64,000 bases of DNA from the human T2T-CHM13v2.0 reference genome, Homo sapiens, in the NCBI RefSeq assembly GCF_009914755.1, contig NC_060945.1, one strand, 5' to 3'. The notes beneath the pieces are model-generated. The model had not been told where the DNA came from and did not search any database. It saw only the letters and a list, made by a program, of their open reading frames with translations. The position numbers and the translations under genes are program-made. Numbering within the stretch: the stretch's first letter is position 1; each line of letters begins with the position of its first letter. Shown here piece after piece: positions 41,901-64,000 of this stretch.

Positions 41901-43199
41901 ATAATATAAAAATATAAAAACCATAGTATAAATTGTCAGCCTTTGAGTTGGCTACAAATTCAATTTAATGACAGAAGAGAAGGGATGCTGGAGGTAAATT
42001 CTTAGGGTTTCTATCTCATAGAGTTTGCTCTTCTGGTTCTCTAGACTGCCAAAGAACATAAAGATGTACGAGGGGACCTAGCTGTGGTAAAAGCATTCCT
42101 ATAACAACAAAAACTCTAAAACGGTGCCCCTCACGATTTTCTACTGAAATTTCTCTAATAGTAGAGGTATAAAATATGAAGTTAGAGAATAATGCAAAGG
42201 GGGCCCACCACAGACAGCACATTTCTTTTCTCTTAAGACTCATGTGATTTTTGCATCTTACTCCATAATGTATTAGTGGTTGCGTTAATATGACAATGAC
42301 TGCAATTAAACACCAGTAAGCAAAATTGATACCTCAGAATGACTTGCAGGGCTTATCATGCAGTTTCATTTACATCCCTACCCCACTGCCATTTACTTGA
42401 GCATGAATGATACATGAGAGAGTCTTTGCCTCCCATAATCCAACTTTACACATAAATAACACAAGGCTAAAGAAAACCAGAACTCAAATTCACCATGCAT
42501 AGGAGTGATAACTAAAATATTTAACAGTCGGTATAGGTGATTACTGGCCAATCAGAATACATCACTGATATATCGAAATGGATGCAGGCCACTGTGACTA
42601 ACTTGTGGGTATCATTTCTATGATCACCTTAAAGCAGAGTTGGGAAAATGTCTATTAACTGGTCTCTCTGGTTTGAATTCTCAATATGTATCTTAATATG
42701 AAATAGCTCATTAAAACTTCATGTGTAACTATTTCAGCACTGTTGTCAGCTACTCTTTATTCCACTTCTGTACAGTATTTATTCAACCAAGCTGCTGCTT
42801 TCAGTGAAGGTCACTTGTTCCTTCAGGGACACATATACTCCCACCTATCCTTTAATTTTGAATGGTTTGTCAAGAAAATTTACTTTCTCTTGAGTTGAAA
42901 AGACTTGACAGGAAGCAAGAAATAATACAGTCCTAGCCTCTTTCCAGTAACATCTGATTTCTCCATTCTCAAACTACACTTCTCAGGGAACCAGATATTT
43001 ACTCTCATCTGGGAAGATGTCGCTTATGTTTTCCTTTTACTTCCTGGTTTTCATGTGGTTGCATTTTCCAAATTCTTATCATTGAATTTATGAGAGCCTA
43101 TCCAAATTTATTTTCTTTCATTTATATTCTAATAATTGAAATGTGAGATGAAAATAACATTTCACTTATGAAAAACCCTTCTCTTATTGAATCCTTCCA

Positions 43200-43690
43200 T
43201 GTGGTAGTTATCTATTGCTGTGTAACAAATTAAAACTTAATGGCTTGAAACAAATATTTGTTTTCTCATAGTTTATGTGGCTCAGGAGCCTGGACATGGT
43301 TCAGCACAGTGTTTTTGGTCAGAATTCCTCATGAGGTGCAATCAAGGTGTAGCCCAGAGCTGTAGTCATCTATCTCAATATTCAACTCAGAAAGGGATCC
43401 ACCTTAGATCCTCACTGGCTGTTATCAGGACCTATCACTTCCTTACCACATGGACCTCTCCATAGCACTGCTTACAATATTACAGTCTGTTTCCCACGGA
43501 GCAAGAAATCAGAGTGTGAGATAAAGTACCCAAAATGGAAGCCACAGGTTTGTTTGTTTGTTTTAATATATATAACCTAGTTTCAAAAGTGATGTTACCT
43601 CTGCCTACACTCATGAGGAGGGTATTATACAAAGGCATACATACCAGAAAGCAGGGATCACTGGAAGCCATTTTACAGGCTGCCTAATCC
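43200..43690 (-). mobile_element. MLT1 LTR relic
   Basis: AGTTATCTATTGCTGTGTAACAAATTA...TGGCTTGAAACA start. Confidence 0.7.
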
Positions 43691-44224
43691 AAGTCATAAA
43701 CTAGATGTTTTTAATGTCACTGCCATAAACTGGGATTCTACAGGGTCTAATGAGAGTAATTCATGGCTTTCAGTGGGGATCCATTCAGCAGAGAAAGAGA
43801 TGAAATATGTATATTCTCTGTGGAAACATTCTTGATTCTTCCTTGAAGGATACTGCGTGGTCCATTCCTACACAGGATAATTAAGAAAAGGTTTGAACCA
43901 ATCTGGACTTCCTATTAGCCTGAGATGTGGCTACTTAGAACTTCCAATGAAGCTGGAAAACTAACAATATGCCTTTGCCTCCACATGAAGCAAATTACCC
44001 TGCCATCAGACTCAACATGAAGATAATCCTCCCTTTGGCTGCCCTACCTCAAGAGAATAAGATCATAGATTCCAGCTGGAATTCCTCTGGGCCATAGAGT
44101 GTTTTGTTCTAGATGCTGAAGGCAATCAGCCACCATTTACCCAAGACCGTCTGAGAATAAGACCTAAAAAGACTTGAAAACAATTGATTTCAATGGTAGG
44201 TACACACTGGTATCCCCTGTTCCG

Positions 44225-44269
44225 TATATATCTATAGATATATAGATATAAACAGAACAGGAGATATAC

Positions 44270-44356
<87 letters not shown>

Positions 44357-44357
44357 C
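44225..44357. repeat. Compound (TA)n(GA)n microsatellite next to a MER5-like fragment
   Basis: Read directly. Confidence 0.9.
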
Positions 44358-44704
44358 ACCTAGGCCCCAACTCAGGCCAATTACATCAGTGTATATGACA
44401 GGTGGCCCATGCAGTGGTATTTTAAAAATTCCCCAGAAGATTCTAATGTGCCTCTGCAGTTGAGAACTAATTAGGTAAATGCAAACAACAACAAAAACCA
44501 AAAAACCTCTTCAGAAACTATGCCTGCTTCTTCATCTTTGTCTCTTCTTTAAACACCTTGAAAGGCCTTATTCCCTCCCAGCCCTTCCTGCCCCTAGGTT
44601 TTCCTAGATGCCTCCATATTTTCTGCTATGCACAACTGGGGCTCACAGGAAATGTAGGCACTAGAAAGAGAGTTACAATTGTTTTTGCATCAGAATGATT
44701 ATGG

Positions 44705-47853
<3,149 letters not shown>

Positions 47854-47854
47854 A

Positions 47855-48151
47855 CCCCTGACCCTGACCCGTGACCCTGACCCTTAACCCCTGACCCTGA
47901 CCCCTATCCCCTGACCCTGACCCCTATCCCCTGACCCTAACCCCTAACCCCTAACCCCGGACCCTTAACCCTAACCCCTAACCCCAACCCTCACTCTCAC
48001 CCTAACCCCTAATCCCAAACCACTAACCTCTCTTAACCCCTAACTCTAAACGTTGACTCCTAACCCTTAACTCTGACCCTAACTCCTATCTCCAACCCCT
48101 AACCCTAAACTTAACCCCTAACCCCTAACCCTAACACCAACCTTAACCCTA
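47855..48151 (-). repeat. Interstitial degenerate telomeric array (TTAGGG/TCAGGG variants on the - strand)
   Basis: ~300 bp of CCCTAA, CCCCTAA, CCCTGA and CCTTAA units. Confidence 0.95.
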
Positions 48152-48811
48152 GGTTCGTTACTACGTTTGTATTGACTATGTCAATGTTGATTGTTATGAT
48201 CGCTGTCTCAGGACTGCACGGCAGCGAGGGGATTGCGGATCTTATATTAATATTTTTGTATTGAGGCAGTGCATTAGCATTACAGGTGCTTGTTACATGA
48301 GCAATGGGGGTGTCATATTTTGGGTGTCATGTCTGCATTAGGAATGTTGCATTTGTCTTCCGAGGCTGCGGTGTGGATCTTGCACTGTGGCCGCCTCGCC
48401 TTGGCTGGGGAGAACCTCGGTGGGCAGGATTCAGAGGGGCTTTTGGTTTCCCGTTTTCCACACTGAACCCTTCTAACTGGTCTCTGACCCTGATTATTCA
48501 GGGCTGCAAACAGGAAGGATTTTATTCACTGTCGATGTGGCCCCGAGTTGTCCCAAAGCGAGGCAGTGCCCGCAAGGTCTGTGCTGAGGAGAACACTGCT
48601 CTGCCTTCGCGGTGTCCCCCGGGTCTGTGCTGAGCAGAACGCAGCTGCACCCTCGCGGTGCCCCCGGCCTGCCTGCCCGCCCAGGTCTGTGCTGAGGAGA
48701 ACACTGCTCTGCCTTTGCTATATCTCTGAAGTCTGTGCAGAGGAGAACTCAGCTCCGCCCTCGCTATATCTCCGAAGTCTGTGCAGAGGAGAACTCAGCT
48801 CCGCCCTCGCA
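48152..48811. repeat. TAR1 telomere-associated repeat fragment, including five ~46-bp units
   Basis: GTCTGTGC(T/A)GAG(G/C)AGAAC units at 48577, 48623, 48685, 48731 and 48777, typical of human telomere-adjacent DNA. Confidence 0.9.
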
Positions 48812-50074
48812 AGAGGGTGACTGGGTAGCTGATGAATGGCAGCCCCTCCTGCCTGAATGCCCTCTATTGCTGGGCATTGCTGCACAGCACCTTTTTCCTG
48901 GCCTTAATACTTACTTAACAATCTTTTAGAGAGCTCCACGCCTAACACGGAATCTTAAAATGTGACATTCTTCCTATAAAATCAATAGTTAAACCACATT
49001 TTGTAAATTCATACCAAAATAGAAACCCAGGAAAAAAAGCACCCCTTTTGTCCTCTATTTTAATAATAAGAGGGAAAGGGGGCTGGGCTAAAGGGAGGGG
49101 CTGGGCTAAAGGGAACGGCTGCCCTTTCTGTGTGTGGAAAGCTATAATTTAAATATGCACACCAGATTTTCAAGCAGCACACTCTAAAGCATCAGCCCTG
49201 TTATTCGGATGATGGAGTTTGCAGACTTTCTGTTTGCCCTCCTCTTGCTTTTCCCACCTTTGGGGCTTTTCACTGTCCCCAGAAACCCAACCTTAGAATC
49301 GAGAAAGAAGGCAAAGACCGTATCTAATAGACTCATAAGCTCCTTATTAATAATAGTGCAGTAAAGTGTAAATGGGGTAGGTGCCTTTTTTTGCAAAACG
49401 AAGTTTCTAGATTCTCTGTGTTGCATTTAGCCAGGCCCTCATTTCTAACCACAGGGTAGAAAATCAAGTTAACAAAGACCGTGTTTTGTCCTTCTATTTC
49501 CATATGGACGTCATGTTTCACACCTGCACTCCTGTCTGCTCGGTTCCACAAAGGGAGAGTAACCACTGAGTGCATTTTAAATGTTCTTTGACTGCTTGCG
49601 TTTTCAAAAGCACAGCACACGAGCATCTCAGTCAAGATGAGCTGGTAGGACCTCTCCTGACACCCTATTCCCTCACAGTGGACCTCTCACTGGAAACCTC
49701 CACTTTTGCTGCTTAGCTCAGTGTGTCTCTGCAAATAGGCATGTTTAAGCAAAGAATAAATGCCTAAGGCGATGCAGGTGGGTAGCAGGGGAGAGTCAGG
49801 GAGACAAAAAGAACAGTAGCACTTACATGGAGCTCTGCCACCTTTTGGGCTAACATGGTCATGAACAGATCAGGAACCTGAGGCAATCAAAGGACTTCAC
49901 CCCACAAAGCCAGGGCACTCTCAGGAGCTGGAAAACCCAGGAGAATTTCCACATATTCCTGAGAGTTCCTCGTGCATTACCTTTAGTGCCTCATTAGCAG
50001 GAATGGGTCCTTCTGTGGCTTCACCAGACTGTTTCGCAGTAGAAAGAGGACAGACCAAGGAGCCCCAGTCCCAC

Positions 50075-55800
<5,726 letters not shown>

Positions 55801-55914
55801 ATACATGCTTGTGTATATATCAGAAGCTCAAAATTATACCATTAGTATTAACAACATACTCTGGACCCTCATTATAATGCCATTTTCAATATCCCAACAC
55901 TTGATTTCTATTGA

Positions 55915-56125
55915 CAACTCCTAGGCTCAACTGTTCCTCCCACCTCGGCTTCCCGAGTAGCTGGGAATATAGCCACCATGGCTGGCTAATTTTTAATATT
56001 TTTTTTTGTAGGGACAGGGTCTTGCTATGTTACCCAGGCTGGTCTCAAACTCCTGGCCTCAAGAAATCCTCCCACCTGGGCCTCCCCAAGTGCTAGGATT
56101 TACAGGCATGAGCCACCATGCCAAG
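55915..56125 (-). mobile_element. Truncated old Alu (AluJ-like)
   Basis: Left arm plus part of the right arm; no tail. Confidence 0.8.
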
Positions 56126-56539
56126 CTCCCTTCCTCCCCTTTGTTCTCCTAACCCCATCTCAGCATCTGCCCCTGAGGACCAATGCAACAGGGCAATCAG
56201 TACATCCATGGACTTCCCAACAGTCCTGTGGTGGACTAACCCAGGGGCAATGGTCACTGTCCCCTCTGGTGCATTCTTTGTCCCCATCAGCCTAGTAAGC
56301 TCCAGGGGCTGGCAGCTGGCACAGAGTACGAGGCTGCACTCCTTGACCTTTCTATGCTGCACACAGTCCTGTGCCCATTCTGTCCTCAGATCTGCCGGGA
56401 CCATGACCAACCTGCCAAGAGCGTGGGAATTGGTATGCGACCCAGCTCTAGGAGGAGGTGGAGCAAGCGAATGTAGGGGAAGCTGCTCACCCAGTAGGTT
56501 TAGAGGGAGGGTGGGGTGGGGGCGCAGCAGGACCAGGCA

Positions 56540-56863
56540 GGTGAGGGTGTGTGGGTGAGGGTGTGCCGGTGTGGGTAGGGGTGTGTGGGTGGGGGTGTGC
56601 AGGTGGGGGTGTGTGGGTGGGGGTGTGCAGGTGGGGGTGTGTGGGTGGGGGTGTGTGGGTAGGGGTGTGTGGGTGAGGGTGTGCGGGTGAGGGTGTGTGG
56701 GTGAGGGTGTGTGGGTGAGGGTGTGCGGGTGAGGGTGTGTGGGTGAGGGTGTGCGGGTGAGGGTGGGGGTCTGCGGCTGGGGGTGTGTGGGTGGGGGTGT
56801 GTGGGTGTGGGTGAGGGTGTGTGGGTAGGGGTGTGTGGGTAGGGGTGGGTGGGTTAGGGTGTG
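56540..56863. repeat. G-rich minisatellite, 14-bp unit GGGTGAGGGTGTGT with variants
   Basis: About 23 units read directly. Confidence 0.9.
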
Positions 56864-57548
56864 AGTGCTGTTTGGCTCTTCTGGGTGGGGCTGGATGAAT
56901 GTTTGGGCACCGGCAGCAGCTGTCACATGGCCTGGCTGCAGGTTTGGGACAGAAGCCAGGCAGGTGGGCTGTGTCAGGCACAGCTAGAAACTGTGCCAAG
57001 GAAGCAGACCAGAGCAGGGGCCAAGGGAAACCTCTGCCTTAGCAGAAGATACTGGGGAGACAGGATCAATCAGGGAGGTCTTTCAAGGCACATGGTGCTT
57101 CATGGAGCCAGGGCCCGGGACAGGGAGGGCTGTAACCCTGGCTTGCCTGATTGGCTGAGCACAGACAGATAGAAGAGGGTGTGGGCAGCCCGCTAGGTGG
57201 ATGCCTAAGTGAAGAAGGAATGGGTGGCCAGGTGACTGAGACCCCCAAGACCAGGACCCCACTGTCAGGTCTGTGGCTTCCAAACGCCTGTGGGAAGTGT
57301 TCCCCTTTGGACACTGAGACCATCAGCTTCAGCTTCACACACTTTTCCAGACAAAGTCCCGTAGGTAACCTCAAAAGTCACTTCTGGCCTTCCCCAGAGG
57401 GGAAAGGAGAGGGGTGCCTGTGGGGAGGTGACCCTCAGTGCTGGTGGAGGGCACAGCAGAGAGACTGCCTGCATATGGGAGGCCCCCAGCAAACCTTGCC
57501 CAGACGTCACCCCTCATTTGAGGCAAACTGTAAAATTATTACAATTTA

Positions 57549-57990
<442 letters not shown>

Positions 57991-59399
57991 ATGGGAAAGC
58001 TATGTTCCTAACATTTTTCAAATGATAGTTCATACTAAAGAATGTTACCAATACTAATGCACAAAGCATTTTATAACTTTTAGACTATTAATAAAAGGTA
58101 AGACATGAAAACTGAAGTATTTGTAATCATGCTTAATACTGGAAGTTCCTATACCTGCAATGTAGCAGCTAATTATACAAAAATTTAATAAATGACAAAA
58201 TAAAATTTTGCAAACAGATTTGTAAAAACCAGAAAGATATTTGTATTGGCAATTAATGTAACATAATTAAAAATAATTTATTATGGTCATCTGCTAAATG
58301 CTAATTAATGTAAAATGTTAAAAGATTATTTTAATTATGACATCTTAACTTTTAATGGCTTTAAATATTATAAATATAAAAAACGGGTTTCTAAATTTAA
58401 AAGAAGAATGACTAAATTTTTCAGAATTATTTCATATTTCTTGTCATACAACATAAGAACACCATCCATGTTTCCTTTTAGATTAGGAACCCTCCCTTAT
58501 TATCTCACTGAAAGGAGAATGCTTGAAGGTGCTAGTAAGATGACTGTCTAAGGACTCCAGAACTGAATAAATTGTTTTGTGGCAATGCATGTCACTTCCC
58601 TAACTCAACTGGAAAAGGAGACAAAAACCTAGTGTTTTCAACCCTCAAGCTAGCAAGAAAACACAGCCCAGGTAAGCTCATCTCTTCTCCAATGGAGCTG
58701 GAGTCTACTCAACAAGAGGCGACCATTTAGAATAGAATTGTTCAGAAATTTGCTAACAACAAGCAGCCAACATAGACACATTCTCCTTAAATCTAAAATT
58801 CCCTTTTCCCCCACTAGGGTGCCTGAGGGGCATGTAGCAAAAGTGATCCCAACCACACCACACAAACTAGCCAGGAAACCTTTTTGCCTTCACACATCTG
58901 AGAGTCCGTGAGAAGCCAGAGACAACACGGAGGCAGCAGAACACCAACAGAAGAGTCCCAGCATCACTTCCTGGCCATAGAAGCCCTCCTGAGCAGCAGG
59001 CAGAACAGAATCCGCTATAGCAATCAGCCTGCCGGAGAAGCCTCTGCCCCTGTGGCCTGAGGTTCCAGTTTCCCCAGGTGACACCATGGGCAGGTGGGCT
59101 GAAGAAGTGGGAAGGTCAAATCAACTGGCCCAGCCAGGATGCCTCTTTGATGATACAAGTGATACTGGTCTAAGCCTCGCCTCTTCCACAGGGGAAACTA
59201 GGTGGCCTAAAGGGTGCCCAGAGGCAGGGGACCTGCCACAGCAGCCACCTTCCTGAGAGGTTCCCTTTCTTCCCCTTGGTGAACTCCCTCCAACACACAG
59301 CTTGCCAGGAAAGCACCCTGTGTCTTACATGGGGGGATCCCACGACACCAAAACCCAGGAAAGAAGCCTTTTGTCCCTTAAGGGTTATCACAACCAAAA

Positions 59400-62090
<2,691 letters not shown>

Positions 62091-63390
62091 AGGGGAAAAT
62101 AGTTTTGGGATAGATGAAAGGGTAAAGAGGGTGGTTAGTGCCAAAAGGAAAAAAGGATGGCGAGCTGGAGAAGGCATTGCATAAAGACGGTGAGAAAAAG
62201 ATGTTGGGAAAAAAAAAATTGGGGGTAGATGGAGGGGGAAAAACAGTGTAGTGAACAGGAGGGACAGAAGGTTTCACAGAAAGATGGTAGGGAAAAAGTT
62301 TTTGGGTAGATGGAAGGGGGTAAGAGAGGGTCGTGAGTGGGGAATGGGGATGAGCAGGAAGGAGAGAAGGTTTGCAAAAATACGGTGGGGAGAGAAGAAA
62401 GGGAAAGAAGACTGTAGGTAAAAAGATTTTGAGTAGATGGAGGGGGGAAAAGGGTGACAAGTGGAAGGAGAAAAGAGGGTGCAGAGAGGGAGGGGGAAGA
62501 GAGAGTGGCGAGCAGGAGGGAGAGAAGGTTTTGTGAAAAGACAGTGAGGAGAGAAGCTTTTAGGTAGATGGAGAGGGAAAAGAGGGTGGCCAGTGGGAGA
62601 AGGATAAAGAGGGTGGCGAGGAGGAAAGTGAAAAGGTTTTGCGAAAAGACGATAGGCAGAAAAGAAAGTGTAGAAAGAAAAGACAGTGGGTAAAAAGTGT
62701 TTGGGTAGATGGAGGGAGAAAAGAGGGTGGCAAGTGGGAGGAGAATAGAAAGTGTGGCCAGAGGGAGTGGGGAAAGAGGACTGGGAAAAAGGCAATGGGG
62801 AAAATAGTTCGGGGTAGATGGAAGGCAAAAAGAGGGTGGCAAGCAGGACAGAGGAAAGAAGAGGGTGAGCGGGAAGCGGGGAAGGCTTTGTGAAAAGGTG
62901 GCAGGGAAAAAATTGGGGAGGTAGATGGGTTAAAAGAGCGTGGTGAGCAGGAGTAGAGAAGAGGCTTTGCAAAAAGACGGTGGGAAAATGTTTTTGGTAG
63001 ATGGAGAAGGGAAAGGGTGGCAAGGAGGACGGGAGAAAAAGACGATAGGGAAACAGTTTTTGGGTAGATGGAAGGGGAAAGAGAGGGTGGCGAGCAGCAG
63101 GAGTGGGGAGAAGGCTTTGGGAAAAGATGAGGGAAATGTTTTTGGGGAGATGAAGGAGCAAAAGAGGATGATGAGAGCGGGAGGTGGAAAAAAGGCTGGC
63201 CAGGGTGAGGGAGAAAAGACGGTGGGGAAAAGTTTTGGGGTAGATGGGTGGGGAAAACGGAAGTGAGCGGTATAGTATAGAAGGCTTTGCAAAAAGGCAG
63301 TGGGGAAAAAATGGTGGGGAAAAAGTTTTGAGGTAGATGGAGGAAGAAAAAGGGTGGTGAGAGAGGGAGCCAAAGATGGTCAGGGAAAAT
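62091..63390. repeat. Purine-rich degenerate tandem array (~13 units of about 70-140 bp)
   Basis: Recurrent TTTTGGGTAGATGGAGGGGGAAAAGAGGGTGG...AGAAGG.TTTG..AAAAGACGGTGGG. Confidence 0.88.
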
Positions 63391-63464
63391 ATTCCTCCTG
63401 TTACTGATTTTTTAATACTCTTCCACTCTGCTCAGAAAAAATAACTGATATGATTTCAGGGTTT

Positions 63465-63768
63465 TTTTGTTTTGGTTTGGTTTGGTTTGGTTTTCTGAGA
63501 CGGAGTCTTGCTCTGTTGCCCAGGCTGGAGTGCAGTGGTGTGATCTTGGCAAACTGCCACCTCCACCTCCCCGGTTCAAGCCATTCTTTTGACTCAGCCT
63601 CCTGAGTAGCTGGGATTACAGGCATGCACCACGATGCCCAGCTAATTTTGCATTTTTAGTTCTAAATGGGGTTTCTCCATGTTGGTCAGGCTGGTCCTGA
63701 CCTCTGTTGATTGGCCCACCTCTGCCTTCCAAAGTGCTGGGATTACAGGTTTGAGCCACTGCACCTGG
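63465..63768 (-). mobile_element. Alu (AluS-like) with (TTTGG)n tail
   Basis: Antisense Alu body. Confidence 0.9.
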
Positions 63769-64000
63769 CAAGGATGTTGAATTTTATTGAATATTTTTTT
63801 CTGCATCTATTGAGATAATCATATGATTTTTGTTTTAAATTCTGTTTATATGGTAAATCACATTTATTGATTTGCATATGTTAAATAGTCCTTGCATCCC
63901 AGGAATAAAACCCATGTAATCATGATGAATTACATCTTTGATATGCTGATGGATTTGGTTTGCTAGCATTTTGTTGAGGATATTTGCATCTATGTTCATC
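63769..64000 (-). mobile_element. L1 ORF2 fragment running off the window end
   Basis: TTTTCTGCATCTATTGAGATAATCAT...TTTTGTTGAGGAT.TTTGCATCTATGTTCATC. Confidence 0.88.

Noticed and set aside
47855-48151. Head-to-head telomere fusion of the 2q13 type
   Set aside because: Only one orientation of telomeric repeat is present, and the partner sequence is L1.
48577-48811. CRISPR-like repeat-spacer array
   Set aside because: The units are tandem TAR1 repeats without unique spacers, in primate DNA with no cas genes.
56093-56999. 277-aa and 170-aa His/Pro/Thr-rich ORFs
   Set aside because: They are translations of the C-rich strand of the minisatellite, which has few stop codons; no domain signal.

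Overview
This is primate (human or great-ape-like) pericentromeric or subtelomeric segmental-duplication DNA, not prokaryotic, and it contains no intact protein-coding gene. Five blocks run left to right. (1) 1-37 kb is AT-rich and repeat-dense. It holds a four-layer nested retroelement complex (old L1 > internally deleted ERV-L > THE1 > full-length HERV-L, with target-site duplications), a tailless 5S rRNA retro-fragment, a THE1B solo LTR and a MADE1 MITE. (2) 37.6-42 kb carries the last two coding exons and 3' UTR of an FGF7/KGF duplicate. Two compensating frameshifts rewrite its heparin-binding segment but keep a 96-codon frame open. (3) At 44.7-48.8 kb an L1 is cut off and joined to a degenerate interstitial telomere plus TAR1 subtelomeric relic. 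(4) 48.8-59 kb is a GC-richer, MIR-rich block with a 14-bp G-rich VNTR. (5) 59.4-63.4 kb is a REP522-like region with a ~590-bp imperfect palindrome carrying six symmetrically placed CCAAT boxes, followed by a purine-rich tandem array. Most ORFs in the supplied track are repeat-derived artefacts. Repeat family names come from my recall of consensus sequences, not from database searches.
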